The notes under the pieces are model-generated. The model was not told the origin of the DNA. It did no database searches and was given only the letters and a program-made list of their open reading frames with translations. The position numbers and the translations under genes are program-made. DNA of 64,000 nt from Gammaproteobacteria bacterium (lineage in GTDB: Bacteria; Pseudomonadota; Gammaproteobacteria; JAJPIJ01), in the NCBI GenBank assembly GCA_022071965.1, contig JAJVIQ010000021.1, positions 152,423-216,422 on the forward strand. Reading direction: 5' to 3'. This document shows positions 1-10,249 of the stretch, one piece after another (within the stretch, counting starts at the first letter, position 1; every line of letters begins with the position of its first letter).

Positions 1-1242
1 ACGGCCGCCCGCCCCGCGCCTGGTGAGACCCACCGTGCGGCGATGCTGTTCGTCAATTTCGTCCTCATCATCCTCGGCTACTACCAGATAAAGCCGGCGG
101 CGCGCTCCCTGTTCATCGCCTACTGGTCGGCCGACATGCTTCCATATGTCTGGATCACGACGGCGGCGGTGCTGGGTCTCATCATCGGCGCCTACCATCG
201 CATCGTCGAGCGGCATGACCGCCTGCGGGTGGTGCTGGGCACGCTCATCGCCTTTGCGCTGGCGCTGGTCGCCTTCCGGCTGTTGTTTCCGCTCGGCGGC
301 GCCGCGGTCGCGGTCGTCTTCTATGTGTTCGTCGACATCTTCAGCGTCGTCCTGGTCGAGCAGTTCTGGAGCCTGGCGAATTCGATCAATTCCACGTCCT
401 CCGGACGCAGGTGGTACGGTTTCGTCGCCATGGCAGGGCCGGTGGGCGGGATGCTGGGCGGCAAGCTGGCCGCCGAACTGGTGACCAAGACGCCGCTCCG
501 GACCGAGGATCTGCTGCTGGTCTCGGCGGCGATGCTCGGCCTGTTGTTCATGCTGAACCTCCTGCTCGCCAGGCAGGGCGTGTACACCGAGCAGCCCGCG
601 GCGTATCGACGGGTCGAGGCCTCCGGCTGGCGCGATCTGATCGGCAATCGCTATCTACGACTCATCGCCGTGCTGCTTCTGCTCAGCCAGATCGTGGAAT
701 CGCTGGTCGACTTTCAGTTCAGCAAGGCCATCGAAGCCGCGTACCCCGACACGGATCAGCGGACCGCGTTTCAGGGGAATTTTTATTTTCTTCTGAACGG
801 CGTGGCCATAGGCGTGAACCTCATCGTGACACCGCTGGTGCATCAATACCTGGGGGTGATGAGCGGCCTGCTCGTGCAGCCGCTGCTGGTGACGCTGGCC
901 TCCGTCGCCTACATGATCGGGCCGGCGCTGCGCACGGCAGCGACGCTGAAGATCGCGGATCGCGGCATGTCCTATTCCATCAACCGCGCCTCGAAGGAGA
1001 TCCTTTACATACCGATCGATCCGGTTCGCACGTACCAGGCGAAGGCATGGATCGACATGTTCGGCTACCGCCTGTTCAAGGTCATCGGCTCGTTGATGAT
1101 CCTCGCGTTTACGCAGTGGTTCGCTCTCGGCATCACCGTCGTGCACCTCGGGTACTTCGTCATCGCGGCGTCCGCGGCCTGGCTGTTCGTCATCGTCGCC
1201 CTGGCGCCGGAGTACCGGGCGATCCTCGTCAAGGCCGAATAG
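1..1242 (+). CDS. TLC-family (ATP/ADP-translocase-like) membrane transporter, paralog A; probably 5'-partial at the window edge (first in-frame ATG at 43, frame open to nt 1)
   Basis: The ORF is hydrophobic with many predicted TM segments. The motif 'EQFWSLANSINSTSSGRRWYGFVAMAGPVGGMLGG' matches the conserved 'FWxxANxI...AKRFY...G' region of Rickettsia/Chlamydia Tlc proteins. The gene sits 29 nt upstream of a paralog on the same strand. The reading frame has no stop upstream to position 1. Confidence 0.6.
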   Translation, partial: TAARPAPGETHRAAMLFVNFVLIILGYYQIKPAARSLFIAYWSADMLPYVWITTAAVLGLIIGAYHRIVERHDRLRVVLGTLIAFALALVAFRLLFPLGGAAVAVVFYVFVDIFSVVLVEQFWSLANSINSTSSGRRWYGFVAMAGPVGGMLGGKLAAELVTKTPLRTEDLLLVSAAMLGLLFMLNLLLARQGVYTEQPAAYRRVEASGWRDLIGNRYLRLIAVLLLLSQIVESLVDFQFSKAIEAAYPDTDQRTAFQGNFYFLLNGVAIGVNLIVTPLVHQYLGVMSGLLVQPLLVTLASVAYMIGPALRTAATLKIADRGMSYSINRASKEILYIPIDPVRTYQAKAWIDMFGYRLFKVIGSLMILAFTQWFALGITVVHLGYFVIAASAAWLFVIVALAPEYRAILVKAE

Positions 1243-1270
1243 CCGTCGCCGGAACGCCCGGTACGCAGGA

Positions 1271-3418
1271 ATGGAGCGGCGCGATCACCAGGCAGTGCGA
1301 TACTCGCTGCTCACCGCAATGGTGATGATCGCGCAGCAGGTGGCCGGCAAGGCGACGCGCGATGCGCTGTTCCTCTCGCAGTTCGACGTGCGTGAACTTC
1401 CCAAGCTCATGGTGGTTTCCGCGGCCCTGTCGGTGGTCGGTGTGCTGCTCATGTCGCGGCTGCTCGCGCTTTACGGGCCGAGCCGACTGGTGCCACGCGG
1501 GTTCGCGGTGAGCGCGGCACTGTTCCTTGTCGAGTGGTGGCTGCTCGGCCAGGCGCCGCACGTGGCGGTGGTGATGCTCTACCTGCACATGGGCATCGTC
1601 GGCGTCCTGCTCATCAGCGGTTTCTGGTCGGTCATCAACGAGCGTTTCGACCCGCACACCGCCAAGCGCACGATCGTTCGCATCGGCGCGGCGGCCACCC
1701 TGGGGGGCATACTCGGCGGACTCATTGCGGAGCGCGTCGCCTCGCATGCCGATCCGCGCGTGATGCTGCTGGTGCTGGCGGCGATGCACGCCATCTGCGT
1801 ATACGGCGTGCGCGGCATCGGCTCGCTTGGGCGCGTCGGGACCGCAGGTGACGGGGTGGCGCCCATGCGCTGGGGTGTGACGCTGGTGGCGCGCAATCGA
1901 TATCTGCTGCAGATGGCTGGCCTGATCCTGGTGTCTTCGGTCATAGCGGGCCTGCTCGATTACGCGCTGAAGGCGGAGACCTCCCTGCGCTACACCGACA
2001 GACCGGAGCTGCTGGGATTCTTCGCGACCTTCTACGCGGCCGTCGCGGTGGTGACCTTCCTGGTACAGGTGAGCCTGGGGCCCCTGCTGCTGAACCGCTT
2101 CGGCCTGGGCGGGTCGATATTCCTGCTTCCCGGCTCGGTGATCTTCGGCGGTGCCCTCGCCGCGAGCCTCAACGAGTTCTGGGGATTCGTCTGCCTGCGC
2201 GCGATCGAATCGATATTCGCGAATTCGCTGTTCCGAAACGGCTTCGAGGTGCTTTACACGCCGTTGGCGCCCGACGAGAAGCGCCCGACCAAGACCATCA
2301 TCGACGTCGGCGGAAATCGGCTCGGCGACATGGCAAGCGGCGGCCTGCTGCTGGTCGTGCTGTTCCTGCTGCCACAGACCCCGCCGCGATGGGTGGTCGT
2401 GCTCGCGGCGCTGGTCGCGCTCGGCTCGCTGTGGCTCATGGCGCGGCTTTACCGCGGCTACGTGTCGCGGCTCGCCGCCAACCTCCGTGCCGGGGCATTC
2501 TCGCTCGACGCCGCTTCGGTGCCCGACGCGACCACCCGCCGGATATTCGCCGAGACCACGGCAGCATCGGAGCGGGAGCTGCTGCTGGCGCGGATCCGCG
2601 CCCTGGAGGACCGGTCGACGCTGACCGCGGTCTCCGAGGCAGGCGAGGCACGATCCGGCATCGTCGCCGATCTGCATTCGATGCAGACTGAGCGCATACG
2701 CCGGGCCCTGCACAGCGCAAGCCTCGACGTCACGATGGTTCCCCATCTCGTTCCGCTGCTCGCGCGGCAGGAAGTCGCCGAGGAGGTCCGCACCGAGCTG
2801 CGCTGGCAGGCCCCGCGCATCATCGGTCAGCTCACCGACGCCATGCTCGATCCCGACATGCCGCTGCTGGCGCGCAATCGCATCCCCAGCGTCCTGGAGG
2901 TCGTCCATAACGTTCGCACCCGCGACGCCCTCGTGCTGGGGCTGGCGGACGCGGAGTTCTCGGTGCGCTACAGCAGCGCGCGGGCTCTGGCGAGGTTGAC
3001 GTCGCGCAGCAGGGACCTGCGCCTGGACGAGGCGAGCGTGTACGAACTCGCCGAGCGCGAGCTGCGGCTGGAGGACGGCGTCTGGCGCGCGCAGACCCAC
3101 GTCACCGACGGCGACGGTCGGAAACCCGGCAACTCAGAGAGCGAAGAGATGCTGATCCCGTCGCTGCAGCACGTCTTCACGCTGTTGTCCCTCGCTCTCG
3201 ATCGCGACGCGCTGCTGCTGGCAATGCACGGTGTGACCAGCGACGATCCCGCCCAGCGCGGAACCGCGCTCGAGTACCTCGAAAACGTTCTGCCCGCAGA
3301 GCTGCGCGCGAAACTATGGGATCGCCTGGACGTGACCGAGCCTGTTCCGCATTCGCAACGCAACCCGGCGGAACTGCTGAGCGATCTGCTGCGGCTGCGC
3401 CGCGACCGGATGGCGTGA
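1271..3418 (+). CDS. TLC-family transporter, paralog B, fused to a C-terminal ~280-aa HEAT/ARM-like repeat domain
   Basis: The N-terminal ~430 aa carry about 11-12 predicted TM segments and the TLC signature 'SGFWSVINERFDPHTAKRTIVRIGAAATLGGILGG'. The C-terminal part is soluble and helical, with repeats such as 'LLARNRIPSVLEVVHNVRTRDALVLGLADAEFSVRYSSARALARL' that are typical of HEAT repeats. Confidence 0.65.
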   Translation: MERRDHQAVRYSLLTAMVMIAQQVAGKATRDALFLSQFDVRELPKLMVVSAALSVVGVLLMSRLLALYGPSRLVPRGFAVSAALFLVEWWLLGQAPHVAVVMLYLHMGIVGVLLISGFWSVINERFDPHTAKRTIVRIGAAATLGGILGGLIAERVASHADPRVMLLVLAAMHAICVYGVRGIGSLGRVGTAGDGVAPMRWGVTLVARNRYLLQMAGLILVSSVIAGLLDYALKAETSLRYTDRPELLGFFATFYAAVAVVTFLVQVSLGPLLLNRFGLGGSIFLLPGSVIFGGALAASLNEFWGFVCLRAIESIFANSLFRNGFEVLYTPLAPDEKRPTKTIIDVGGNRLGDMASGGLLLVVLFLLPQTPPRWVVVLAALVALGSLWLMARLYRGYVSRLAANLRAGAFSLDAASVPDATTRRIFAETTAASERELLLARIRALEDRSTLTAVSEAGEARSGIVADLHSMQTERIRRALHSASLDVTMVPHLVPLLARQEVAEEVRTELRWQAPRIIGQLTDAMLDPDMPLLARNRIPSVLEVVHNVRTRDALVLGLADAEFSVRYSSARALARLTSRSRDLRLDEASVYELAERELRLEDGVWRAQTHVTDGDGRKPGNSESEEMLIPSLQHVFTLLSLALDRDALLLAMHGVTSDDPAQRGTALEYLENVLPAELRAKLWDRLDVTEPVPHSQRNPAELLSDLLRLRRDRMA

Positions 3419-3488
3419 TAAGGTAACGCACATCCTCCGGCGGCCGCACGCTGGCGCGCGGCAGCCCATTCATGGCAGCATCATCACG

Positions 3489-4745
3489 ATGAATCCGACC
3501 ACGATCGAAATAGTCGGCGCCGCACTTTTCGCGTTCGCGCTGATTCACACGTTCTCGACCAAGTTCTTCGAACACCTTGCGCACACGCACCCGAGGCACG
3601 CGGGGCTCTGGCACCTGCTGGGCGAGGTCGAGGTCGTGTTCGGGCTGTGGGCGATGGCGCTGATCGTCTTCATGATGATCTCGGCGGGCAAGGAGGCCGC
3701 GGTGGAGTACGTTCAAAGCCGCAACTTCACCGAGCCGCTGTTCGTGTTCGTGATCATGGTCATCGCCGGGACCAAACCGGTGCTTCAGCTGGCACGCGAC
3801 TGTGTGCTGGTGGTCTCGAGGCTGTTGCCGATGCCGCGGGGCATGGCGTTCTACTTCACGGCGCTGTCGCTGCTGCCCTTGCTCGGCTCGTTCATCACCG
3901 AGCCGGCCGCGATGACGCTCGCGGCCCTGATGCTGAGCGACAGGCTGTTCGCGCGCAAGATCTCCACACGCCTGAAGTACGCGACCGTCGGCGTATTGTT
4001 CGTCAACGTGTCGATAGGCGGCACGTTGACTTCCTATGCCGCGCCACCGGTGCTCATGGTCGCATCAACCTGGAACTGGGACACGGCCTTCATGTTCACG
4101 CACTTCGGGTGGCGGGCGGCGCTCGCGGCCGTGGTGAACGCGCTGCTGTGCACTCTGCTGTTCCGAAAAGAGCTGAAGGGGCTGCAGATGACCGGAGGGA
4201 GCCGGCAATCGGACGTTCCGGCGTCCATCATTCTCGTGCATCTGGCGTTCCTCGGCGGGGTGGTGTATTTCGCGCACTATGCCCACATGTTCATCGGCCT
4301 TTTCCTGTTCTTTCTCGGAGTTGCCACGGTCTATTCGCAGTACGAGGATCGGCTCATCCTGCGCGAGGGCCTGATGGTTGCGTTCTTCCTCGCTGGCCTG
4401 GTGGTGCTGGGCGGCCAGCAGCGCTGGTGGTTGCAGCCGGTGCTGATGAGCATGGACGCCAATACGGTCTACGCCGGCGCGAGCGCCCTGACGGCGATCA
4501 CCGACAATGCGGCGCTGACCTATCTCGCCTCGCTGGTCGACGGGTTGAGCGAGGAGTTCAAGTATGCGCTGGTGGCCGGCGCGGTCACTGGCGGCGGTCT
4601 CACCGTGATCGCCAATGCTCCGAACCCGGCAGGCGTGTCGATACTGAAGGGCCATTTCGACGAGGAAACGATACACCCGCTGGGCCTGCTCCTGGCCGCC
4701 ATGGGCCCGACCCTGGTCACGATCGCTGCGTTCAGATTGATCTGA
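3489..4745 (+). CDS. Polytopic membrane protein, putatively in the PF07399 'Na+/H+ antiporter' family
   Basis: The ORF is 418 aa, very hydrophobic, and has about 11 predicted TM segments. The family assignment is from recall only; the CDS itself is solid. Confidence 0.55.
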   Translation: MNPTTIEIVGAALFAFALIHTFSTKFFEHLAHTHPRHAGLWHLLGEVEVVFGLWAMALIVFMMISAGKEAAVEYVQSRNFTEPLFVFVIMVIAGTKPVLQLARDCVLVVSRLLPMPRGMAFYFTALSLLPLLGSFITEPAAMTLAALMLSDRLFARKISTRLKYATVGVLFVNVSIGGTLTSYAAPPVLMVASTWNWDTAFMFTHFGWRAALAAVVNALLCTLLFRKELKGLQMTGGSRQSDVPASIILVHLAFLGGVVYFAHYAHMFIGLFLFFLGVATVYSQYEDRLILREGLMVAFFLAGLVVLGGQQRWWLQPVLMSMDANTVYAGASALTAITDNAALTYLASLVDGLSEEFKYALVAGAVTGGGLTVIANAPNPAGVSILKGHFDEETIHPLGLLLAAMGPTLVTIAAFRLI

Positions 4746-4912
4746 AAGCCTTTTCGCAGTGCGTCAAACGCGCATGAATGCCGGCCGCCGCGCCCGCAAC
4801 GACCCCGGCCATGTTTCGGTATATAGTGTCCGCACCCTGAGCGCGCGTACGCGCATCGCGGGAGGCATGCGGTAAACGACAGAGGACCATTCAGACCAAA
4901 AGGGGGGTGTTT

Positions 4913-5191
4913 ATGGAGAGCCAAATCGTCAATCTGATCATCAACCTCATCAGCGGTGGCATCGGCGGCAACATCGCCGGAGCCCTGTTCAAGAAGCTGA
5001 GTCTCGGACTCGTCGGCAATACCCTCGCGGGCGTCGTCGGCGGCGGCCTCGGTGGCCAGATCCTCTCGCAGCTCGGCATGGGCGGTGGCGGGATGGTCGG
5101 CAGCATCGCCGGCTCCGGCGTCGGTGGCATCATCCTGATGGCCATCATTGGTTTCATCAAGCAGGCCTTGTCGAAATCGCAGGCGGCCTGA
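4913..5191 (+). CDS. Small glycine-zipper membrane protein (GlsB/YeaQ/YmgE-like transglycosylase-associated type)
   Basis: The sequence reads '[18 protein letters not shown]...[44 protein letters not shown]'. A GGGGG Shine-Dalgarno lies upstream of the ATG at 4913. The ATG at 4907 is two codons upstream in the same frame and is the alternative start. Confidence 0.55.
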   Translation: MESQIVNLIINLISGGIGGNIAGALFKKLSLGLVGNTLAGVVGGGLGGQILSQLGMGGGGMVGSIAGSGVGGIILMAIIGFIKQALSKSQAA

Positions 5192-5231
5192 GTCGAGAAG
5201 CGCCGGCAATATCCGATACGGCGTTGAAACG

Positions 5232-5264
5232 CAACGGCGGCCTTGAGCCGCCGTTGTCGTTTTC
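5232..5264. terminator. Bidirectional rho-independent terminator between the convergent Gly-zipper gene and ssb
   Basis: The sequence is CAACGGCGGC-cttga-GCCGCCGTTG followed by TCGTTTTC. It forms a 10-bp GC stem. Confidence 0.55.
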
Positions 5265-5332
5265 GGCAGCGGTCTGTGCGTATGGCCGATCCGCGGCAGG
5301 CGGCCACGCAGAGGCCGGCGCTTCTCCTGCCG

Positions 5333-5812
5333 CTAGAAAGGGATATCGTCGTCGAAGTCCTCGACTGCCGCGGTCGCCTTGCCGCCGCCGGTTCGCGCCC
5401 CGGCTGCCCGCGGTGCGGGTGCCTCGCCGGAGGCGGGGCGGTTGGCTTCCATGCCGCCGCTGGCCGAGCCGCCGCCGCGCCCGCCCAGCATCTGCATGTC
5501 GTTGACGACGATCTCCGTCGTATAGCGATCCTGACCCTCCTTGTCCTGCCATTTCCGGGTCTGCAATCGCCCCTCCACGTACACCTGAGAACCCTTCCTG
5601 AGGTATTCCCCGGCGATCTCCGCAAGCTTTCCGAAGAACACGACCCGGTGCCATTCGGTGCGCTCCTGATTTTCGCCGGTGGTCTTGTCCTTCCAGTTCT
5701 CGGAAGTGGCGATCGTCACATTGGTCACGGCGCTGCCGCTGGCCGTGTACTTCACCTCGGGGTCGCCACCGAGATTACCGATCAGAATTACCTTGTTGAT
5801 GCCTCTGGCCAT
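5333..5812 (-). CDS. ssb: Single-stranded DNA-binding protein
   Basis: The N-terminus reads '[47 protein letters not shown]'. There is a Gly-rich linker and the C-terminal acidic tail ends 'DFDDDIPF'. Confidence 0.95.
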   Translation of the reverse strand: MARGINKVILIGNLGGDPEVKYTASGSAVTNVTIATSENWKDKTTGENQERTEWHRVVFFGKLAEIAGEYLRKGSQVYVEGRLQTRKWQDKEGQDRYTTEIVVNDMQMLGGRGGGSASGGMEANRPASGEAPAPRAAGARTGGGKATAAVEDFDDDIPF

Positions 5813-5896
5813 CTTGATCTCCTCTGACTTCCTGTTTGTGTCCGATTGAACTCCCTTTCCTGCACGTCCTCCGGGCGACGGCGTGCCCGGGGGATT

Positions 5897-7282
5897 CTAC
5901 CCCGTCGCGGCGGCATCGGGGCGCAGTGCCGCAGGGTCAAAGATTTGCGGATCGACCTTGAGGTAGGCGATGCCGTCCTCGGCAACGATAACGGCCTCGG
6001 CCACCCCCGGCACGGCACAGTAACGCGCCGCCAGCGTAGCGGCGTCCGCCCGTGAGATCGGGCCGACGCTGTGCATGCGGCTGACCAGGTGCCGGGGTCG
6101 GGCCATGCCCAGTGCCAGCACGCCCCAGAGCGCGGCGATGGCCGCGGCGAAGAGGAACACCGCCTGCGTGCCGTAGCGGCCGTGCAGCCACCCGCCGGCG
6201 GCTCCGCCGATGAAGATGCCCAGGAACTGCGCCGTCGAATATACGCCCATGGCGGTCCCCCGCCGGTCCGCGGGTGCGGCGCGCGAGATCAGGGTCGGCA
6301 GGCTCGCCTCGAGAAAATTGAAGGCGCTGAAGAAGAGCAGCATGGAGGCCCCCAGGGACGGAAGGTGGGCATGTCCGTAGCGAAGGCCCACCTCCGCGGC
6401 GACCAGCGTGAACACGGAGGCACAGAACACGCCCTTGGCGCGCGAGCCGCTTCCCGAGGACAACCTGAGCAGCGGTGCCAGCGCGATCACCGACAGCGCG
6501 AGGACCGGCAGGTAGACGTGCCAATGCCTGGCCAGTTCCAGCCCGGCCGCGTCGCGCAGCACCAGCGGCATGACCACGAACGTCGACGTCATGATCGCGT
6601 GCAGCGCGAGCACGCCGAAGTCCAGGCGCAGCAGGTTTCCATCGAGCAGGATATCGAGAAACTGCGCCGGGATGACCTCGCAGTCGCGATGAAAGGTCGA
6701 TCGCACCGGGGTCGGCACCCAGAGCAGCAGGACGGCGATCGACGCCAGCCCCAGCACCGCGGCCAGCCAGAACACCGATGGCGTGCCGAGATGCGCGCTG
6801 ACGGCGGGGCCGACCACGAATGCAATCGGAAACGCGAGCCCGATGGTGATGCCGATCATCGCCATCACCTTGGCGCGATGTTCCTCGCGCGTGAGATCGG
6901 CCGCCAGCGCCAGCGTCGTCGATCCCACGGCGCCCGCTCCCTGCAGGGCGCGCCCGAGAGTTACCCAGTAGATGTCGCGCCCGAGCGCGGCCATGACGCT
7001 GCCGAGCACGAAGATGAACAGGCCTGCGCCGATGACCTTCTTGCGCCCGATGTGATCGGAGATCATGCCGAACGGGATCTGGAACAACGCCTGGGTCAGC
7101 CCGTAGATGCCGATGGCGATCCCGACGAGGCCGGCGGTCGCACCTCGCAGATGCTCGGCATAGAGGACGAAGACCGGGGTGATCATGAACAGTCCGGACA
7201 TGCGCAGGAAGAAAATGGTTGCCAGCGACGCCCCGGCGCGCAGTTCGGTTGCGGTCAGGCGCTCGGCGGGAATTTCGTTCAT
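5897..7282 (-). CDS. MFS transporter with a ~60-aa soluble C-terminal extension
   Basis: There are 12 predicted TM segments and the MFS motif 'GMISDHIGRKKVIGAGL'. It lies between ssb and divergent uvrA. Confidence 0.8.
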   Translation of the reverse strand: MNEIPAERLTATELRAGASLATIFFLRMSGLFMITPVFVLYAEHLRGATAGLVGIAIGIYGLTQALFQIPFGMISDHIGRKKVIGAGLFIFVLGSVMAALGRDIYWVTLGRALQGAGAVGSTTLALAADLTREEHRAKVMAMIGITIGLAFPIAFVVGPAVSAHLGTPSVFWLAAVLGLASIAVLLLWVPTPVRSTFHRDCEVIPAQFLDILLDGNLLRLDFGVLALHAIMTSTFVVMPLVLRDAAGLELARHWHVYLPVLALSVIALAPLLRLSSGSGSRAKGVFCASVFTLVAAEVGLRYGHAHLPSLGASMLLFFSAFNFLEASLPTLISRAAPADRRGTAMGVYSTAQFLGIFIGGAAGGWLHGRYGTQAVFLFAAAIAALWGVLALGMARPRHLVSRMHSVGPISRADAATLAARYCAVPGVAEAVIVAEDGIAYLKVDPQIFDPAALRPDAAATG

Positions 7283-7365
7283 GACAGGGTTTTGCGTCGG
7301 GGATGGAGCTGCCCGTATAGTACCAGTTTGCCCGTCGGTCGTTGCGATGCAGCAGGCGAGAGTCC

Positions 7366-10212
7366 ATGGATTTCATCCGCATACGTGGCGCGAGAACGCA
7401 CAACCTCAGGAATGTCGATCTGGACCTGCCGCGTGATCGCCTGATCGTCATCACCGGCCTGTCCGGATCCGGCAAGTCCTCGCTCGCCTTCGACACGATC
7501 TATGCGGAAGGCCAGAGGCGGTACGTCGAATCGCTGTCGGCCTATGCCCGGCAGTTCCTCTCGGTGATGGAGAAGCCGGACGTCGACCACATCGAGGGGC
7601 TTTCCCCGGCCATATCGATAGAACAGAAATCCACATCCCACAACCCACGCTCGACGGTGGGCACGATCACGGAGATCTACGACTACCTGCGGTTGTTGTA
7701 TGCGCGCGTCGGCGAGCCGCGCTGCCCGGTGCACGGCGTCACGCTTGCGGCGCAGACGGTCAGCCAGATGGTCGATGCCGTCCTGGCGGAACCGGAGGGG
7801 ACCCGCGTGATGCTCCTGGCGCCGGTCGTGAGCGGCCGCAAGGGCGAGCATGCACAGGTTTTCGATCAGCTGCGCCGGCAGGGATTCCTGCGCGCGCGGG
7901 TCAACGGCGAGGTCGTCGAACTGGAAGGCGTCCCGCAACTCGATCTGAAGCGCAAGCACGACATCGAGGTGGTGATCGATCGCTTCAGGGTCCGAGCCGA
8001 CATCACGCAGCGGTTGGCCGAGAGTTTCGAAACGGCGCTGGTGATATCGGATGGTGTGGCGCGGATCGCCTTCATGGACGAGCCGCGGAGGGCGGAGGCG
8101 CTCTTTTCGGCGAAGTTCGCCTGTCCGCATTGCGGCTATGCCCTCTCCGAACTCGAACCGCGCATGTTCTCGTTCAACAATCCGCATGGCGCGTGTCCGG
8201 CTTGTGACGGCCTGGGTGTGGAGCAGTACTTCGATCCCGCCAAGATCGTGCAGCACCCGGAGTTGAGCCTGCCGGCCGGAGCCATACGCGGATGGGACCG
8301 GCGCAATGCCTACTACTTCCAGCTCATCCAGTCACTCGCGCGGCACTACGACTTCGACCTCGACACTCCCTTCAGGGATCTTGCGCCCGAGGTCCGGCAG
8401 GTCATCCTGTACGGCAGCGGCAAGGAGGCCATCGAGTTCGTGTATTTTCACTCCGAGGGCAACCGCAGGAAGAAGCATCCCTTCGAGGGGGTGCTGCCCA
8501 ACATACGGCGGCGCTACAAGGAGACCGAATCCAACCTGCTGCGCGAGGAACTGGCAAAGCTCATGTCGACGCGCGCCTGTCCCGCCTGCGGCGGCACGCG
8601 CCTGGGGGAGGCCGGTCGCAACGTGTTCCTCGGCGCCTACACGCTGCCGCAGGTGACGGCGTGGCCGGTGAGCGAGGCGCACGCGTTCTTCATCTCGGTG
8701 CAGATGGCGGGACAGCGCGGTGAGATCGCGGAGAAGATACTCAAGGAAGTCCGCGAGCGACTGCAGTTTCTCATCAATGTCGGGCTGGACTACCTGACGC
8801 TCGAGCGCAGCGCGGAGACCCTATCCGGCGGCGAGGCGCAGCGCATCCGGCTGGCGAGCCAGATCGGCGCCGGACTGGTGGGAGTCATGTACGTGCTCGA
8901 CGAGCCGTCGATTGGGCTGCATCAGCGCGACAACAAGCGGCTGCTCGACACGCTGGTCCGATTGCGGGACCTCGGCAACACGGTGATCGTCGTGGAGCAC
9001 GATCAGGAAGCGATCCTGTCCGCTGATCATGTCGTGGACATCGGGCCGGGCGCAGGCGTGCACGGCGGCCGCGTGCTGGTGCATGGCAGCCCGGACGACG
9101 TGGCGGCGTGCCCGGATTCGATCACCGGTCAGTATCTCTCCGGCCGCCGCGCAATCCCTCTTCCTGCGGCGCGGCACGAGTTCGAGCCCGGCAGGCTGCT
9201 GCGCATACGCGGCGCGCGCGGAAACAACCTCAAGGGGGTTGACGTCGAGTTTCCAGTGGGCGTGATGACCTGTGTCACCGGGGTATCCGGTTCCGGCAAG
9301 TCGACACTGGTCAACGACACGCTGTATCGACACGCCGCGCGAGTCCTCAATGATGCCGGCGAGGAGGCGGCCCCCTTCACCGCCATGGACGGCCTGGATC
9401 AGTTCGACAAGGTGGTGGATATCGACCAGAGTCCGATCGGGCGCACGCCGCGTTCGAATCCCGCCACCTACACGGGGCTGTTCACCCCGCTGCGCGAGCT
9501 GTTCGCTGCCACGCAGGAGGCGCGCGCGCGCGGCTACAACCCGGGCCGTTTCAGTTTCAACGTCAAGGGCGGGCGTTGCGAGGCGTGCCAGGGCGACGGC
9601 GTCATCAAGGTGGAGATGCACTTCCTGCCCGATGTCTACGTGCGCTGCGAGGTGTGCAAGGGCCGGCGTTACAATCGCGAGACGCTGGAGGTGCTGTACA
9701 AGGGGCGCAGCATCAACGACGTCCTCGAGATGACGGTGGAGGAGGCGCGCGAGCTCTTCGATGCGGTGCCGGCGGTGGCCGGCAAGCTGCAGACGCTCAT
9801 CGACGTGGGTCTCGCCTATATCCGTCTGGGCCAGAACGCCACGACCCTCTCCGGGGGAGAGGCGCAGCGGGTGAAGCTGGCGCGCGAGCTGTCCAAGCGC
9901 GATACGGGGCATACGCTCTACATCCTGGACGAGCCGACGACAGGGCTGCACTTCTACGACGTCGAGAAGCTGCTCGAGGTACTGCATCGGTTGCGCGATC
10001 ACGGCAACACCATCATCGTGATCGAGCACAATCTCGAGGTCATCAAGACGGCGGACTGGGTCGTCGACCTGGGTCCCGAGGGTGGACATCGCGGCGGCGA
10101 GATCATCGCGCGCGGCACCCCGGAGGAGATAGTCGCCGAGCCGCGCTCGTACACGGGACGGTACCTCGCCCCGTTGCTGCGGCGTCGCGTGGCCCGGTCA
10201 CCCGCCGCCTGA
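7366..10212 (+). CDS. uvrA: Excinuclease ABC subunit A
   Basis: The N-terminus reads '[65 protein letters not shown]'. Two ABC modules and zinc-finger cysteines are present. The ORF-track start at 7342 is 8 codons upstream of the conserved Met. Confidence 0.95.
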   Translation: MDFIRIRGARTHNLRNVDLDLPRDRLIVITGLSGSGKSSLAFDTIYAEGQRRYVESLSAYARQFLSVMEKPDVDHIEGLSPAISIEQKSTSHNPRSTVGTITEIYDYLRLLYARVGEPRCPVHGVTLAAQTVSQMVDAVLAEPEGTRVMLLAPVVSGRKGEHAQVFDQLRRQGFLRARVNGEVVELEGVPQLDLKRKHDIEVVIDRFRVRADITQRLAESFETALVISDGVARIAFMDEPRRAEALFSAKFACPHCGYALSELEPRMFSFNNPHGACPACDGLGVEQYFDPAKIVQHPELSLPAGAIRGWDRRNAYYFQLIQSLARHYDFDLDTPFRDLAPEVRQVILYGSGKEAIEFVYFHSEGNRRKKHPFEGVLPNIRRRYKETESNLLREELAKLMSTRACPACGGTRLGEAGRNVFLGAYTLPQVTAWPVSEAHAFFISVQMAGQRGEIAEKILKEVRERLQFLINVGLDYLTLERSAETLSGGEAQRIRLASQIGAGLVGVMYVLDEPSIGLHQRDNKRLLDTLVRLRDLGNTVIVVEHDQEAILSADHVVDIGPGAGVHGGRVLVHGSPDDVAACPDSITGQYLSGRRAIPLPAARHEFEPGRLLRIRGARGNNLKGVDVEFPVGVMTCVTGVSGSGKSTLVNDTLYRHAARVLNDAGEEAAPFTAMDGLDQFDKVVDIDQSPIGRTPRSNPATYTGLFTPLRELFAATQEARARGYNPGRFSFNVKGGRCEACQGDGVIKVEMHFLPDVYVRCEVCKGRRYNRETLEVLYKGRSINDVLEMTVEEARELFDAVPAVAGKLQTLIDVGLAYIRLGQNATTLSGGEAQRVKLARELSKRDTGHTLYILDEPTTGLHFYDVEKLLEVLHRLRDHGNTIIVIEHNLEVIKTADWVVDLGPEGGHRGGEIIARGTPEEIVAEPRSYTGRYLAPLLRRRVARSPAA

Positions 10213-10249
10213 GGTCGACCCGCTGCAAGTCCGCCACGAGGAGGAGAGC

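Noticed and set aside
1229-3100. 623-aa minus-strand ORF antisense to the TLC-HEAT gene. It is one of many long antisense or alternative-frame ORFs in the track. Others include 5937-7496(-), 8821-10089(-), 10103-11524(-), 11867-12796(-), 12961-13977(-), 15634-17157(+), 17057-18817(+), 20096-21055(-), 20895-22610(-), 22692-24359(-), 37804-39546(-), 40955-42322(-), 55105-57081(+), 55940-56896(-) and 60879-62552(+).
   Set aside because: All are extremely Arg/Ala/Gly/Pro-rich with no hydrophobic cores or motifs. They lie opposite or out of frame with well-supported conserved genes. This is the usual stop-codon-poor artefact of a ~67% GC genome.
7283-7365. Possible LexA (SOS) box between the MFS gene and uvrA ('CTGCCCGTATAGTACCAG'), and in the ssb upstream region.
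   Set aside because: It deviates from CTGT-N8-ACAG at both half-sites. Without the clade-specific LexA motif I cannot support it.
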